Source of the DNA: Candidatus Thioglobus sp.
GTDB taxonomy: Bacteria; Pseudomonadota; Gammaproteobacteria; PS1; Pseudothioglobaceae
Assembly: GCA_012959965.1 (NCBI GenBank)
Contig: DUCF01000056.1
Location: forward strand, 11,036-75,035
Length of the DNA: 64,000 nt
Reading direction: 5' to 3'
The notes under the pieces are model-generated. The model was not told the DNA's origin. It made no database searches and saw only the letters and a program-made list of their open reading frames with translations. Below, one piece after another: positions 30,622 to 38,795 of this stretch. How positions within the stretch are numbered: the first letter of the stretch is position 1; every line of letters begins with the position of its first letter. The position numbers were made by a program, and so were the translations under genes.

Positions 30622-31191
30622 ATGATAAAGTGTTATTTCATGGGCATCATACACCGAAAAATACCAATCAAAATAATCATTATTGTCTGCCTTTTAGGGC
30701 TTTTTTCAAGCCCATTTGCAGAAATAAAAGTTGGAGAAAAAGCACCAAATTTCACCCTCCCCGACCAAGACATCATTGACCACACTTTGAGCAATTATCA
30801 AGGCCAATGGCTTGTCTTGTATTTCTACCCGAAAGACGACTCGCCCGGCTGCACAACACAAGCCTGTGACTTTAGAGACGCTGTTGAGCGCATTATCAAC
30901 TCCAAAGCCATTGTTTTCGGCATCAGTGTGGATAGTGTCGAATCGCACAAGGAATTTTCTGATAAATTTAATCTACCTTTCTCACTACTTTCTGACGAGT
31001 CAGGAGAGGTTTCCAAGGCTTATGATTCTTTGCGAAATTTCTATGTTTTCAAGCTATCCAAAAGAAACACGTTTATTGTTGACCCGGCTGGAAATATCGC
31101 GAAAATTTATATCTCTGTAGACCCCGACACCCATTCTCAGATGGTGTTGAGCGACTTAAGCGAGCTGCAACAAGCTACCGAGAACCCTTAG
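30622..31191 (+). CDS. bcp: Bcp-type peroxiredoxin with N-terminal signal/anchor sequence
   Basis: FYPKDDSPGCTTQAC (CxxxxC peroxidatic/resolving Cys pair), preceded by the hydrophobic leader IPIKIIIIVCLLGLFSSPFA/EIK. The start could be 30622 or 30640. Confidence 0.8.
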   Translation: MIKCYFMGIIHRKIPIKIIIIVCLLGLFSSPFAEIKVGEKAPNFTLPDQDIIDHTLSNYQGQWLVLYFYPKDDSPGCTTQACDFRDAVERIINSKAIVFGISVDSVESHKEFSDKFNLPFSLLSDESGEVSKAYDSLRNFYVFKLSKRNTFIVDPAGNIAKIYISVDPDTHSQMVLSDLSELQQATENP

Positions 31192-31453
31192 AATCAATCA
31201 GTTCAAGTTTGACTGATCTTTTCATTTGTTTAATCTCAGCCTCCCTTTTAAGCGCCTCACTGCGATTTTTTGCACTTTCTTGATAGACCAGTGTACATGG
31301 CTTGCGCGACAATGTGTATTTGGCACCACCTCTGATCTCACCAGAGTGCTGCTTTAAGCGCTTTTCTAAATCATTACTAATGCCGCAATATATGCTGTCG
31401 TCACAACACTTTAACAAATAGACTTGCCAAGAACTTTCTCTACACTCGGTCAT
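31175..31453 (-). CDS. GIY-YIG nuclease-superfamily protein (YhbQ/UPF0213-like)
   Basis: WQVYLLKC.DDSIYCGISNDLEKRLKQH...GAKYT.. fits the GIY-YIG pattern. I prefer the Met at 31453 (MTECRESSWQ); the track ORF extends to 31534 inside the upstream gene. Confidence 0.65.
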   Translation of the reverse strand: MTECRESSWQVYLLKCCDDSIYCGISNDLEKRLKQHSGEIRGGAKYTLSRKPCTLVYQESAKNRSEALKREAEIKQMKRSVKLELIDSKGSR

Positions 31454-32105
31454 GCAAAGGCACTGATAGTAACACACCGAATTCCTTGCCGAAATCACAA
31501 CTAACCCGAGCGTGTACTTTGCCCTGCTTATCATAAAAACGAGCGTTATCTGTTAACGGAATAATGGCCTCATGCCAAACACCTGGATGAATACAAACCC
31601 CTTGGGAGCCATCAAAGTAAAAAGCTACCCAGTCGGTAGGCGTCATATCATCGCCAGTCTTTGCAAAGGCCGCAACAAAAGGCTTGCCATTCAGAGGGTA
31701 AAACAACTGCGCGCCATCAGGGTGGTAATTGGCGTGCCACATCAGCAGTTGATCTCTCTGCGCCTTAGGGTTGTCTCTTTTTGCTTCGCCAGGCTCTTTC
31801 GACCAACCCAATAGATAGCTGTCATTGACAGACTCATTTTCACCAAGAAGCACATCACCCTCCCACCAAAACTTGAAAATTCCATCTGTATGGCCGCCCT
31901 CGTCTCCTGTACCAACATCGATGCTACGCCAACCCTGAGCGGGCCAAGTAACAATTTCAACTTGATGATTTTGATAATCACTCACCAGCTCGCCAAAACC
32001 TTTTAGTGATTCACTGTTAGCACGAACAAGCGGAATATTAACCCTAGGCAAGCCTGACGCAACCACCGGATTCATATAATCAAATGATTTCCTCTCCGCC
32101 GTCAT
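31440..32105 (-). CDS. ureidoglycolate lyase/hydrolase-family (cupin-like) protein
   Basis: Resembles AllA-type blocks: L.GFGELV, NYHPDGAQLFYPLNGKPFVAAFA, and FYFDGSQGVCIHPGVWHEAIIPL. At 221 aa it is longer than E. coli AllA. Confidence 0.5.
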   Translation of the reverse strand: MTAERKSFDYMNPVVASGLPRVNIPLVRANSESLKGFGELVSDYQNHQVEIVTWPAQGWRSIDVGTGDEGGHTDGIFKFWWEGDVLLGENESVNDSYLLGWSKEPGEAKRDNPKAQRDQLLMWHANYHPDGAQLFYPLNGKPFVAAFAKTGDDMTPTDWVAFYFDGSQGVCIHPGVWHEAIIPLTDNARFYDKQGKVHARVSCDFGKEFGVLLSVPLHDRV

Positions 32106-32106
32106 T

Positions 32107-33450
32107 TTATTCGTCTTTGAGCGTGCCTTGACTAAGTGCGGCGCCGATAATAATTTCCATTATTTCCATATTGGTGTTGGCACTAACATCCTCAAAATAT
32201 ATCGCACCAGGCCAGGGTGGTACTCGCGCATCATAGCCATTATCAGCAATCGTATTGGCGGCCGTTTTTATCGAGTCAACGTATTCAGCCGAAAGAGTTG
32301 TGATTTCTTCTTTGGCAAGAGCGAGATCGGCAATCGAATTTCGGTCAATTTGCGAAGCGCCAATACCGATAAATATTGGCACATTACGTTCGATTGCCTT
32401 GTCATGATAGAGGTGAAGCGGCATCCTGTCGTCGTGCAAACGCATGACATAATCCGTACAAACGTCTTGTTTTATATCGCATAACTCTGCAAAACTAAGA
32501 TCCGTGGAATGGTCTTTTTGAGGGGTAGATCTTCTTCTAGAAGAGCGAGCAGCCTTTACTGCTTGAGTAACATAATCACCACGATAATTAGCGTCGTAAA
32601 CTCGAGCACCCCACTCATTTTCATCTTTTAATCGGTGAATCGAGCGTATCGCCATGTCTCTGCATTTTTCAGGCCCAATAAAAAACGGCGAGCCTGAGGC
32701 GTCTGAAAGCTCCAGCCAGCCATTTGGAAATTTCTCAAAAAAATGATCCGCCCAAGGTCTTAGGACAACATCAACCAAATGATCCAAAAGCTCGTTAACG
32801 TGTTCCGGTTCATCGCTTAAAGCGGTCACTAATTCAGCCTGCCCGTAGATGTCGGCAGCCAAACTGTAGGGCGCTGTTAGGTGGAGTACTGGTTCCAAGC
32901 CTGTTAATTCTTGATAGCATTCTAAGATATCATCAAACAATTTGGGGATCTCGCTATCCATTGCAGGCGTACTAAGATTTTGCCAATTGTCATGATTAAT
33001 TAACGGCATTCCAGGGTCTGTTCCCGGTGGCGCACCATCGGGATACATCATCACCGCCCCTAATGCTTCAGCAGTGAATGCGTAAACAGGCCACTCAATA
33101 TATAACTTTGGCAGACCAAGCAGCTTACGAATCATTAGCGATACGCGCACATAACGCTTGGCATCACCCTTGTAAGCCTCGGCAGAATCAAGACCGTAAA
33201 ACTTACTCAACACACCTAATACAAATAAGTTTATTGAAGCAGAGGCTTGCACCCCGTACTTGGGTTCGTTGTTGACAAAAACTTTGTCATAGTCACCAGC
33301 AATGGTGCCGTCAAAAATTTCTTTTAGGCGCTTTTCAGCCTCGAGATCGCCATCTTGCCAACGTCCAAAAAGATGGCAGCCAGCTGGGAAATTTAGTTCT
33401 TCAATCATAGGATTATCGATAAGTAATTTAATGTTCGACCAAAGACTCAA
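32107..33450 (-). CDS. hypothetical protein, possibly uroporphyrinogen-decarboxylase (URO-D)/MtaA-like fold
   Basis: The CDS itself is well supported: long ORF, tight operon packing, and 1 nt between its stop and the next ATG. The fold guess rests only on the block LTAPYSLAADIYGQAELVTALSDEPEHVNELLDHL, which resembles the URO-D/MtaA family. An alternative start lies at 33408. Confidence 0.35.
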   Translation of the reverse strand: MSLWSNIKLLIDNPMIEELNFPAGCHLFGRWQDGDLEAEKRLKEIFDGTIAGDYDKVFVNNEPKYGVQASASINLFVLGVLSKFYGLDSAEAYKGDAKRYVRVSLMIRKLLGLPKLYIEWPVYAFTAEALGAVMMYPDGAPPGTDPGMPLINHDNWQNLSTPAMDSEIPKLFDDILECYQELTGLEPVLHLTAPYSLAADIYGQAELVTALSDEPEHVNELLDHLVDVVLRPWADHFFEKFPNGWLELSDASGSPFFIGPEKCRDMAIRSIHRLKDENEWGARVYDANYRGDYVTQAVKAARSSRRRSTPQKDHSTDLSFAELCDIKQDVCTDYVMRLHDDRMPLHLYHDKAIERNVPIFIGIGASQIDRNSIADLALAKEEITTLSAEYVDSIKTAANTIADNGYDARVPPWPGAIYFEDVSANTNMEIMEIIIGAALSQGTLKDE

Positions 33451-35137
33451 TCAAGTGCCTATAGTAATAAAATGGTGGGTGTTCACGATTAGGATCCTTA
33501 CCTTCCTCATCCCAGTAGCGCAAAGCCACACACTGATCTAAATAGTCATTCTTCTCAAACTCAGCCACTTCTTCTGCGTTCATTGCTCCACCTTGTAGAT
33601 TTAACGTATGAACTGAGGCTGGCGAAAGACGCTTAAAGTAATCGCTCCTAACTGCGCACAAATAACGTTTGGCAGCAACATGCTGACGGACAGGCTCAAC
33701 AACAGAACGTGGAAAATAATCTTCAAGGAAGTTAGCGCCTGCTTCTTCGTGGTAATTATCTTTACCTTTGGCTAAAGCGCTCTCAGGAATTTCATTTTTG
33801 TAATGACCGATATCATGCAGTAAAGCAGCAACAATTTGAGCGTCGTCGGCGCCAGCTTTCTCAGCGCATTGTGCCACTTGTAACATATGCTGCGCCATCG
33901 TCACTTGCTCGCCTAAGTAGGATTCTGCGCCGCGGCGATTAAAAACATCTTCGATATGATCAACGATATTCTCAGCGGTGACTTCGTCAACCCTGCTTCC
34001 ACCTCTCTCCAACACATTTAAAAGACTGTACAGACCGTCTAGATCGGTGTAAGCGCCTTGCAGGTGACGTTTTCCTCTTTTAGAAAAAGCCGTTCTTGCA
34101 TGCATCACACGGGTGTTGTCAAAAAGCATTAAATCACCAGGAGAGAGTTTAAAGTTGATTTTTAAATCTGTGCGCTCAATAATTTCACCCCAATGGCGAT
34201 AGGCTTTATAAAAAGCGCGAATTTTATCCGCAGGGAGTTTTATCGTATCGATTGAGCGATTGTTGTATCGAACCTTAACCACCTCCCCTTTATCATTCAG
34301 CTCGATCATTGCCACGCGAGAACGTAAGTCTGCATTGCCATCAGAAAAGCGATAATTAATCCAAGTACTGGTCAATGTATAAAAATCTTCAGCACTTTCT
34401 TCTCGCAAGACGTTCGCCGCTTTAAAGCCATCAACGAGAACTGAGTCGCCGCCCTCTGTCGAACTTTCAAGACAGTGCAACAACTGCACCGTTGGCACGG
34501 GGTCACGATAAGGGTTGTCGGTATGAGAGCCGAGCCCCATATTGGTGTAGGCTAAATTATTAGGATTGACCTCGGTACGCACTTCAAATATGGAGCCATA
34601 ATTGGTTTCGCGTGTATAGCCAATCTCAGCAATCACTTTCAACACATGCCCCTCCATTCGAGGCACGTTTTCAAGAATGCAAAAACCCTGATCCCTAACA
34701 AAACGCAAAGCGTTTAATTTGCCTTGGTTGTTTTGACACATGTGCTCGTAATTAATACGCGGCAAACCCTCCATAAAACTATCGGCTTGCCACAACTGTT
34801 TGTGAACTGCACTTCTGTCATCAAATTGATGATTGAGATTGTAGCAATTCTCTCTCAGCCATGGCTGAGTGAAAATAGACAAGTGATTCTCTGGTTGGAA
34901 GCGAACACAAACATTGCCAGTATCGTCAAGTTGGGCCTGCTCGATAAAAGTATCTTCTGGAATGCTAATCACGCTTAACAAGCGCTGGCCATTATCAGCA
35001 TTGCGCGATGTTGGCATTTGACAATGATCTCGCAACCAATAGCTATACAAACGGCTTTGTTTGCCGTCTTGCCAATCAATCACCAACTCATCGTCAACAA
35101 TCGACAAGTTTTTTATCAACTCTGATTTTTGTGACAT
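33428..35137 (-). CDS. fusion protein: BBOX/TmpA-like Fe(II)/2OG dioxygenase (aa ~1-380) + PhnZ/TmpB-like HD-domain diiron oxygenase (aa ~395-569)
   Basis: Dioxygenase part: H205-x-D207 in GSHTDNPY and H346 in NTRVMHARTAF. HD part: H417, H441-D442 (LLHDIGH), H463 (NYHEE), H486 (RQHVAAKRYL), D543 (RYWDEEG). The spacings 24/22/23/57 are close to the six PhnZ ligands as I recall them (H34, H58, D59, H80, H104, D161). Confidence 0.7.
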   Translation of the reverse strand: MSQKSELIKNLSIVDDELVIDWQDGKQSRLYSYWLRDHCQMPTSRNADNGQRLLSVISIPEDTFIEQAQLDDTGNVCVRFQPENHLSIFTQPWLRENCYNLNHQFDDRSAVHKQLWQADSFMEGLPRINYEHMCQNNQGKLNALRFVRDQGFCILENVPRMEGHVLKVIAEIGYTRETNYGSIFEVRTEVNPNNLAYTNMGLGSHTDNPYRDPVPTVQLLHCLESSTEGGDSVLVDGFKAANVLREESAEDFYTLTSTWINYRFSDGNADLRSRVAMIELNDKGEVVKVRYNNRSIDTIKLPADKIRAFYKAYRHWGEIIERTDLKINFKLSPGDLMLFDNTRVMHARTAFSKRGKRHLQGAYTDLDGLYSLLNVLERGGSRVDEVTAENIVDHIEDVFNRRGAESYLGEQVTMAQHMLQVAQCAEKAGADDAQIVAALLHDIGHYKNEIPESALAKGKDNYHEEAGANFLEDYFPRSVVEPVRQHVAAKRYLCAVRSDYFKRLSPASVHTLNLQGGAMNAEEVAEFEKNDYLDQCVALRYWDEEGKDPNREHPPFYYYRHLIESLVEH

Positions 35138-35427
35138 TGCGCCCCCGCTTACTTAACGATATTTCGGCTTAGTATACATAAAACAATAAATTGCTTATTT
35201 TTATGCGCATTAATTTCACTGAGCACGAATATGGAGTCTATCTCATCCTACTTAAAAGTTGAAATTAATTCACGAGCCAGATGGGTGGAAGTCTTTGTTC
35301 GAAAAAAAAGACAAGGTGTCTAAATAATTCACCATACTCAAAGAGTGGTGAAGTCGCAAAAGTGGATATTAAGATGCTGATTAACTCAGCTGATAGGCCT
35401 TAAGTAGTGGATTTATCTAAATTGATG

Positions 35428-35586
35428 TCAGTGTGTGGTTTTTGTTTGTTGAGTATTCTGCATGGCACTGTGATACCAAGCCAAGGCTTTATGAAGCTGA
35501 GATTCGTTAACATTAAGATGTTTGCAAAAAGTATTTTCTTTATTGTTTTTTGATTTTGATTTTGTTTTTACTGTTTGATTGTGCAT
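35428..35586 (-). CDS. possible small basic protein (52 aa)
   Basis: Not in the track because it is under 60 aa. The ATG at 35586 is preceded by AGGAA 9 nt upstream, directly after the sortase-like gene. Translation: MHNQTVKTKSKSKNNKENTFCKHLNVNESQLHKALAWYHSAMQNTQQTKTTH. Confidence 0.2.
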   Translation of the reverse strand: MHNQTVKTKSKSKNNKENTFCKHLNVNESQLHKALAWYHSAMQNTQQTKTTH

Positions 35587-35612
35587 TGAGTTTATTCCTC
35601 GGTAATTTAGAA

Positions 35613-36059
35613 TTAAGACAAAATAAGAGTGTCAATTTTCATTGCCTTGATCACGTAACGCATTGATGTTTGTGCATTGGCACTGCCAAATGGCCATGCA
35701 CTGACTAACTTTAATTCGTCAACATCCTCATAGATGTCAATCGTGCTATTTGCTAAATCAATAATGTCCATATGAGTAATGCTGTAGCAAAACTCTCCAC
35801 CCATTGGATCGCTCAGTACAACTTGATCATTAAGTGTCAAACTTTGTAGAAAATTAAAATGCTCATCGGCGCTAATAACGACTGTGCCCGAATCTGAAGG
35901 CAAGTAGCCTGCAGATGACCTTCCTAGGCCAAAGGTAAGCGTATCGTCACTGTCTCCCTCTAGAACAACAAAATTTTGGTTGTACCTAGGTAGAGATAGA
36001 TCCAATACAGGAGAAACGTTCGCACTAGACCAGTGCATTTCATTTGTTTGTGTATTCAT
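35613..36059 (-). CDS. sortase-fold protein lacking membrane anchor and catalytic His/Cys (degenerate sortase)
   Basis: The pattern LSLPRYNQNFVVLEGDSDDTLTFGLGR..SGTVVISADEHFNFLQSLTLNDQVVL...YSITHMDII...LKLVSAWPF...MRYVIKA follows the sortase layout (L.IP.lg..V.eG....L..G.G....G..viAGHR...F..L..l..GD.i.l...Y.v...L.LvTC.PF...RyvV.A). However, AGH is replaced by SAD and TC by SA. The start at 36059 has GGAG 9 nt upstream. Confidence 0.45.
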   Translation of the reverse strand: MNTQTNEMHWSSANVSPVLDLSLPRYNQNFVVLEGDSDDTLTFGLGRSSAGYLPSDSGTVVISADEHFNFLQSLTLNDQVVLSDPMGGEFCYSITHMDIIDLANSTIDIYEDVDELKLVSAWPFGSANAQTSMRYVIKAMKIDTLILS

Positions 36060-36123
36060 TAATTCACTCCGAGAAATAAGCTTCTGCTGGTGGAAGGAGG
36101 GCCACCAGCTTCGGCCGCTACCT

Positions 36124-36345
36124 CTAACGCCACAAGGAGAGAGTGGCAAGAGTGTTTCGAGGTTCTTTAAAATACTCGTTTAAGCCTTGTAAGCACACCT
36201 TGGTGTTGTCAAACAGCGCTTCAATAGTATTGTTTTTAGCTCCTAGGACACAAGCTCGCATCGGTATTGTGATAACATCACCCATAGGGCTGGGCTTTGT
36301 TTCTGCACTACTAGCGTTTGTAAATAAAAGGAGAGTTTGTCGCAT
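36124..36345 (-). CDS. hypothetical small protein (73 aa)
   Basis: The ATG at 36345 is preceded by AGGA 4 nt upstream. It is the first ORF of the small-protein operon and is divergent from the response regulator. I see no recognisable family. Confidence 0.3.
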   Translation of the reverse strand: MRQTLLLFTNASSAETKPSPMGDVITIPMRACVLGAKNNTIEALFDNTKVCLQGLNEYFKEPRNTLATLSLWR

Positions 36346-36502
36346 TCCGTCCTAACTTTCTAAAAACAATGGTCCCAGTTTAGGGCCTGAACGTAAATGT
36401 CAAATGTTTTATAAATGAAGTTTTGGTGAAGATTGAGTGAAGATGGTTTTGTTTGACGCTTTTTTAACTACAATAATGTCTTTCTAACAATATTTTATTC
36501 CT

Positions 36503-37192
36503 ATGCAGCACATTCTCATAGTTGAAGACGACAGAACCATCGCTGAAAGCATCGCCTTTATTCTTGAAAAAGACTCCTTCAGTTGTCAATGGTTTGACAA
36601 TGGTCATGGCGCTCTTGACTATCTTGAAAACAACGACGTTGATCTAATGCTGCTTGATGTTGGTTTACCAGATATTAGCGGTTTCGACGTCTTACGCAAG
36701 GTTCGCGCCAAATCTGAAATGCCTGTGGTGATTATCTCAGCTAGAGACGACGAGGCCGACCAAGTGTTAGGTCTAGAGGGTTTAGGTGCTAATGGTTATG
36801 TTACTAAACCTCTAAGTCCTAGATTGGTGGTGGCGCATGTGCGTGCACAGCTCAGACACTTAAGATCCGAGCCCAAGCCCCAGAAGTCCAAATTTAGTAT
36901 CAATGAAGCCATGCAAAAAGTACTGTTCGCTGATCAAGAGATTGTATTGACACCTGCAGAGTTTAAAATTCTCTCCCACCTAGTTAAGCACCCCAACCGT
37001 GTACACTCACGAGAATACTTGCTAAGCATTATTTGGGACAGACCGCATGGCTCTGACGTTAAAACCATCAACACCCACATAAAATCAATACGTAAGCGCC
37101 TGCACGAAATAGATGATAAGAACGAATATATCGAAACACACAGAGGCATTGGCTACAGTCTTATTGAAGCCCCAGGAAGGTCAACCCCTTAA
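36503..37192 (+). CDS. OmpR/PhoB-family response regulator (CreB-like)
   Basis: Receiver domain with LLDVGLPDISGF (identical block in E. coli CreB, as I recall it). C-terminal winged helix INTHIKSIRKRL..THRGIGYSL. Confidence 0.9.
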   Translation: MQHILIVEDDRTIAESIAFILEKDSFSCQWFDNGHGALDYLENNDVDLMLLDVGLPDISGFDVLRKVRAKSEMPVVIISARDDEADQVLGLEGLGANGYVTKPLSPRLVVAHVRAQLRHLRSEPKPQKSKFSINEAMQKVLFADQEIVLTPAEFKILSHLVKHPNRVHSREYLLSIIWDRPHGSDVKTINTHIKSIRKRLHEIDDKNEYIETHRGIGYSLIEAPGRSTP

Positions 37193-37210
37193 TATATAGA
37201 CACCTTTTAA

Positions 37211-38647
37211 ATGAAATTCCTTAAGCTTAATCTCGGCTCCAAACTTTTTATACTGTATTTCTTAATTAGCAGCTCGATCGTCTGGCTCATTGCCAACCGT
37301 ACCAGCGAAGAGTCTGCCGAAGAAATTATGATTGACGCCTCAAGTTTGTTGAGTCAAATTGCCTCCTACAACATAATTGAAGGTGATGGCACTATTGATA
37401 TACAAGCATTTGAAGACGTCACCTCGGGCTATTTAAAGCCGCAAGATTCAGGACAAAATATCAAGAACAAGCAATTCAACAATTTAGAGATTTACCTCAC
37501 AAACAACGTCGGCAAAGTAATCTATGACTCTCGAGGCTTGATACTGGGCAGGGACATGCGCAACAATGACGAGGTGACCAGTGCCCTTCAAGGCGAGCAT
37601 GGTATTCGTAAAACACTCTACGACCCAAATAATGAAAAGCCATTATTTGGCACAAAAGCGCTTTATGTCTCAAGCCCTATATATGACCAAGGCAACAACA
37701 TCATAGGTACACTTGTAGCCGTTAAGCCGATTTATTTTGGAAAAGGCGGCTCTCGAATCTACGAGTATGCTTTTTATATATTCTTCATCTCGCTAATTAT
37801 TGGCGGTGTTGCCAGCTACATTGTTTCTCGCGATGCCAAGCTACTGGTAAAGTACACAAGCCGACTTTCCATGGGCGAAGTTGCAGTAGCACCAAATATT
37901 CACAATGAAGAGTTTGTTAGACTGCTAGAAGCCATTGAAAAACTCAGAAACGAGCTAGAACTGAAAGACAATGTTGAAGAATACATAGACACACTCGCAC
38001 ATGAGTTGCGCACACCAATCACCGGTGTGAGGGCAACTGCAGAAAACCTACTACTGCCAATGGATGAAAAACAGCGAACGCACTTTATCCAAAATATTCT
38101 CGACTCTAATAAGCACATGGACAAACTGGTTACTCGCTTGTTGGAGTTATCCCGAATAGAGCGTAGAGAGGTGTTGAAAAACATTACCACACTCAATATA
38201 AAAGCGGTTGTCAGTAACGTACTTAATGCACCAATTCGGGTTAAAACCATCGCCAGCAAAGAATTAAAGATTGAATTTGACATTGAGGATAACGGTCAAA
38301 TTCAAGCTGAAAAACTCCTCTTAGAGCAAGCCATTGGCAACATTATTAACAACGCTATAGACTTTAGCCCTAAAGGCGGCACGATTACTATTAAAGCCAG
38401 TGAAACCAATACGGCTGTCACAATCATGGTTTTAGACGAGGGCCCAGGGATGCCAGATCATGTTTTAAGAAAGCTCTTTACTCGCTTCTTTTCAGTTTCC
38501 AGGCCTGATACTGGAAAACGGGGTAACGGCCTAGGCTTGAGATTTGTAAGGAAAATTATGCAGCTCCACGGCGGCGAAATAACACTGCAAAACCGCTTTT
38601 TACAAGAAGGCGCCGAAGCCAAATTACGATTCCCATTTGACTACTAG
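37211..38647 (+). CDS. sensor histidine kinase (CreC-like architecture)
   Basis: Two TM segments flank a ~150-aa periplasmic domain. H-box AHELRTPIT, N-box NNAIDFSP, G-boxes DEGPGMP and GNGLGL. Confidence 0.9.
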   Translation: MKFLKLNLGSKLFILYFLISSSIVWLIANRTSEESAEEIMIDASSLLSQIASYNIIEGDGTIDIQAFEDVTSGYLKPQDSGQNIKNKQFNNLEIYLTNNVGKVIYDSRGLILGRDMRNNDEVTSALQGEHGIRKTLYDPNNEKPLFGTKALYVSSPIYDQGNNIIGTLVAVKPIYFGKGGSRIYEYAFYIFFISLIIGGVASYIVSRDAKLLVKYTSRLSMGEVAVAPNIHNEEFVRLLEAIEKLRNELELKDNVEEYIDTLAHELRTPITGVRATAENLLLPMDEKQRTHFIQNILDSNKHMDKLVTRLLELSRIERREVLKNITTLNIKAVVSNVLNAPIRVKTIASKELKIEFDIEDNGQIQAEKLLLEQAIGNIINNAIDFSPKGGTITIKASETNTAVTIMVLDEGPGMPDHVLRKLFTRFFSVSRPDTGKRGNGLGLRFVRKIMQLHGGEITLQNRFLQEGAEAKLRFPFDY

Positions 38648-38795
38648 CATACAACAAAATGATACTCATAAGCACATTTTATGACTATGGTGAATACTAT
38701 CGATTTTTTTAATAAACAAGCTCAATAAAATCATTTTTGAAGCGGCAGACAAATGGTATTATTCGCGGGTTTTATAACAAGTAACCCCACTACAC

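Noticed and set aside
35360-35420. DnaA-box-like sequences (AGTGGATAT, TAGTGGATT) hinting at an origin near parAB-type genes.
   Set aside because: There are only two imperfect matches and no cluster of TTATCCACA boxes or AT-rich 13-mers. The site is also far from parAB.
35613-36345. Reading the 73-aa ORF and the sortase-like ORF as one frameshifted full-length sortase pseudogene.
   Set aside because: The 73-aa translation has no TM anchor and no sortase N-terminal features, and each ORF has its own Shine-Dalgarno sequence. Gene decay cannot be excluded without homolog comparison, so this remains an alternative in the findings.
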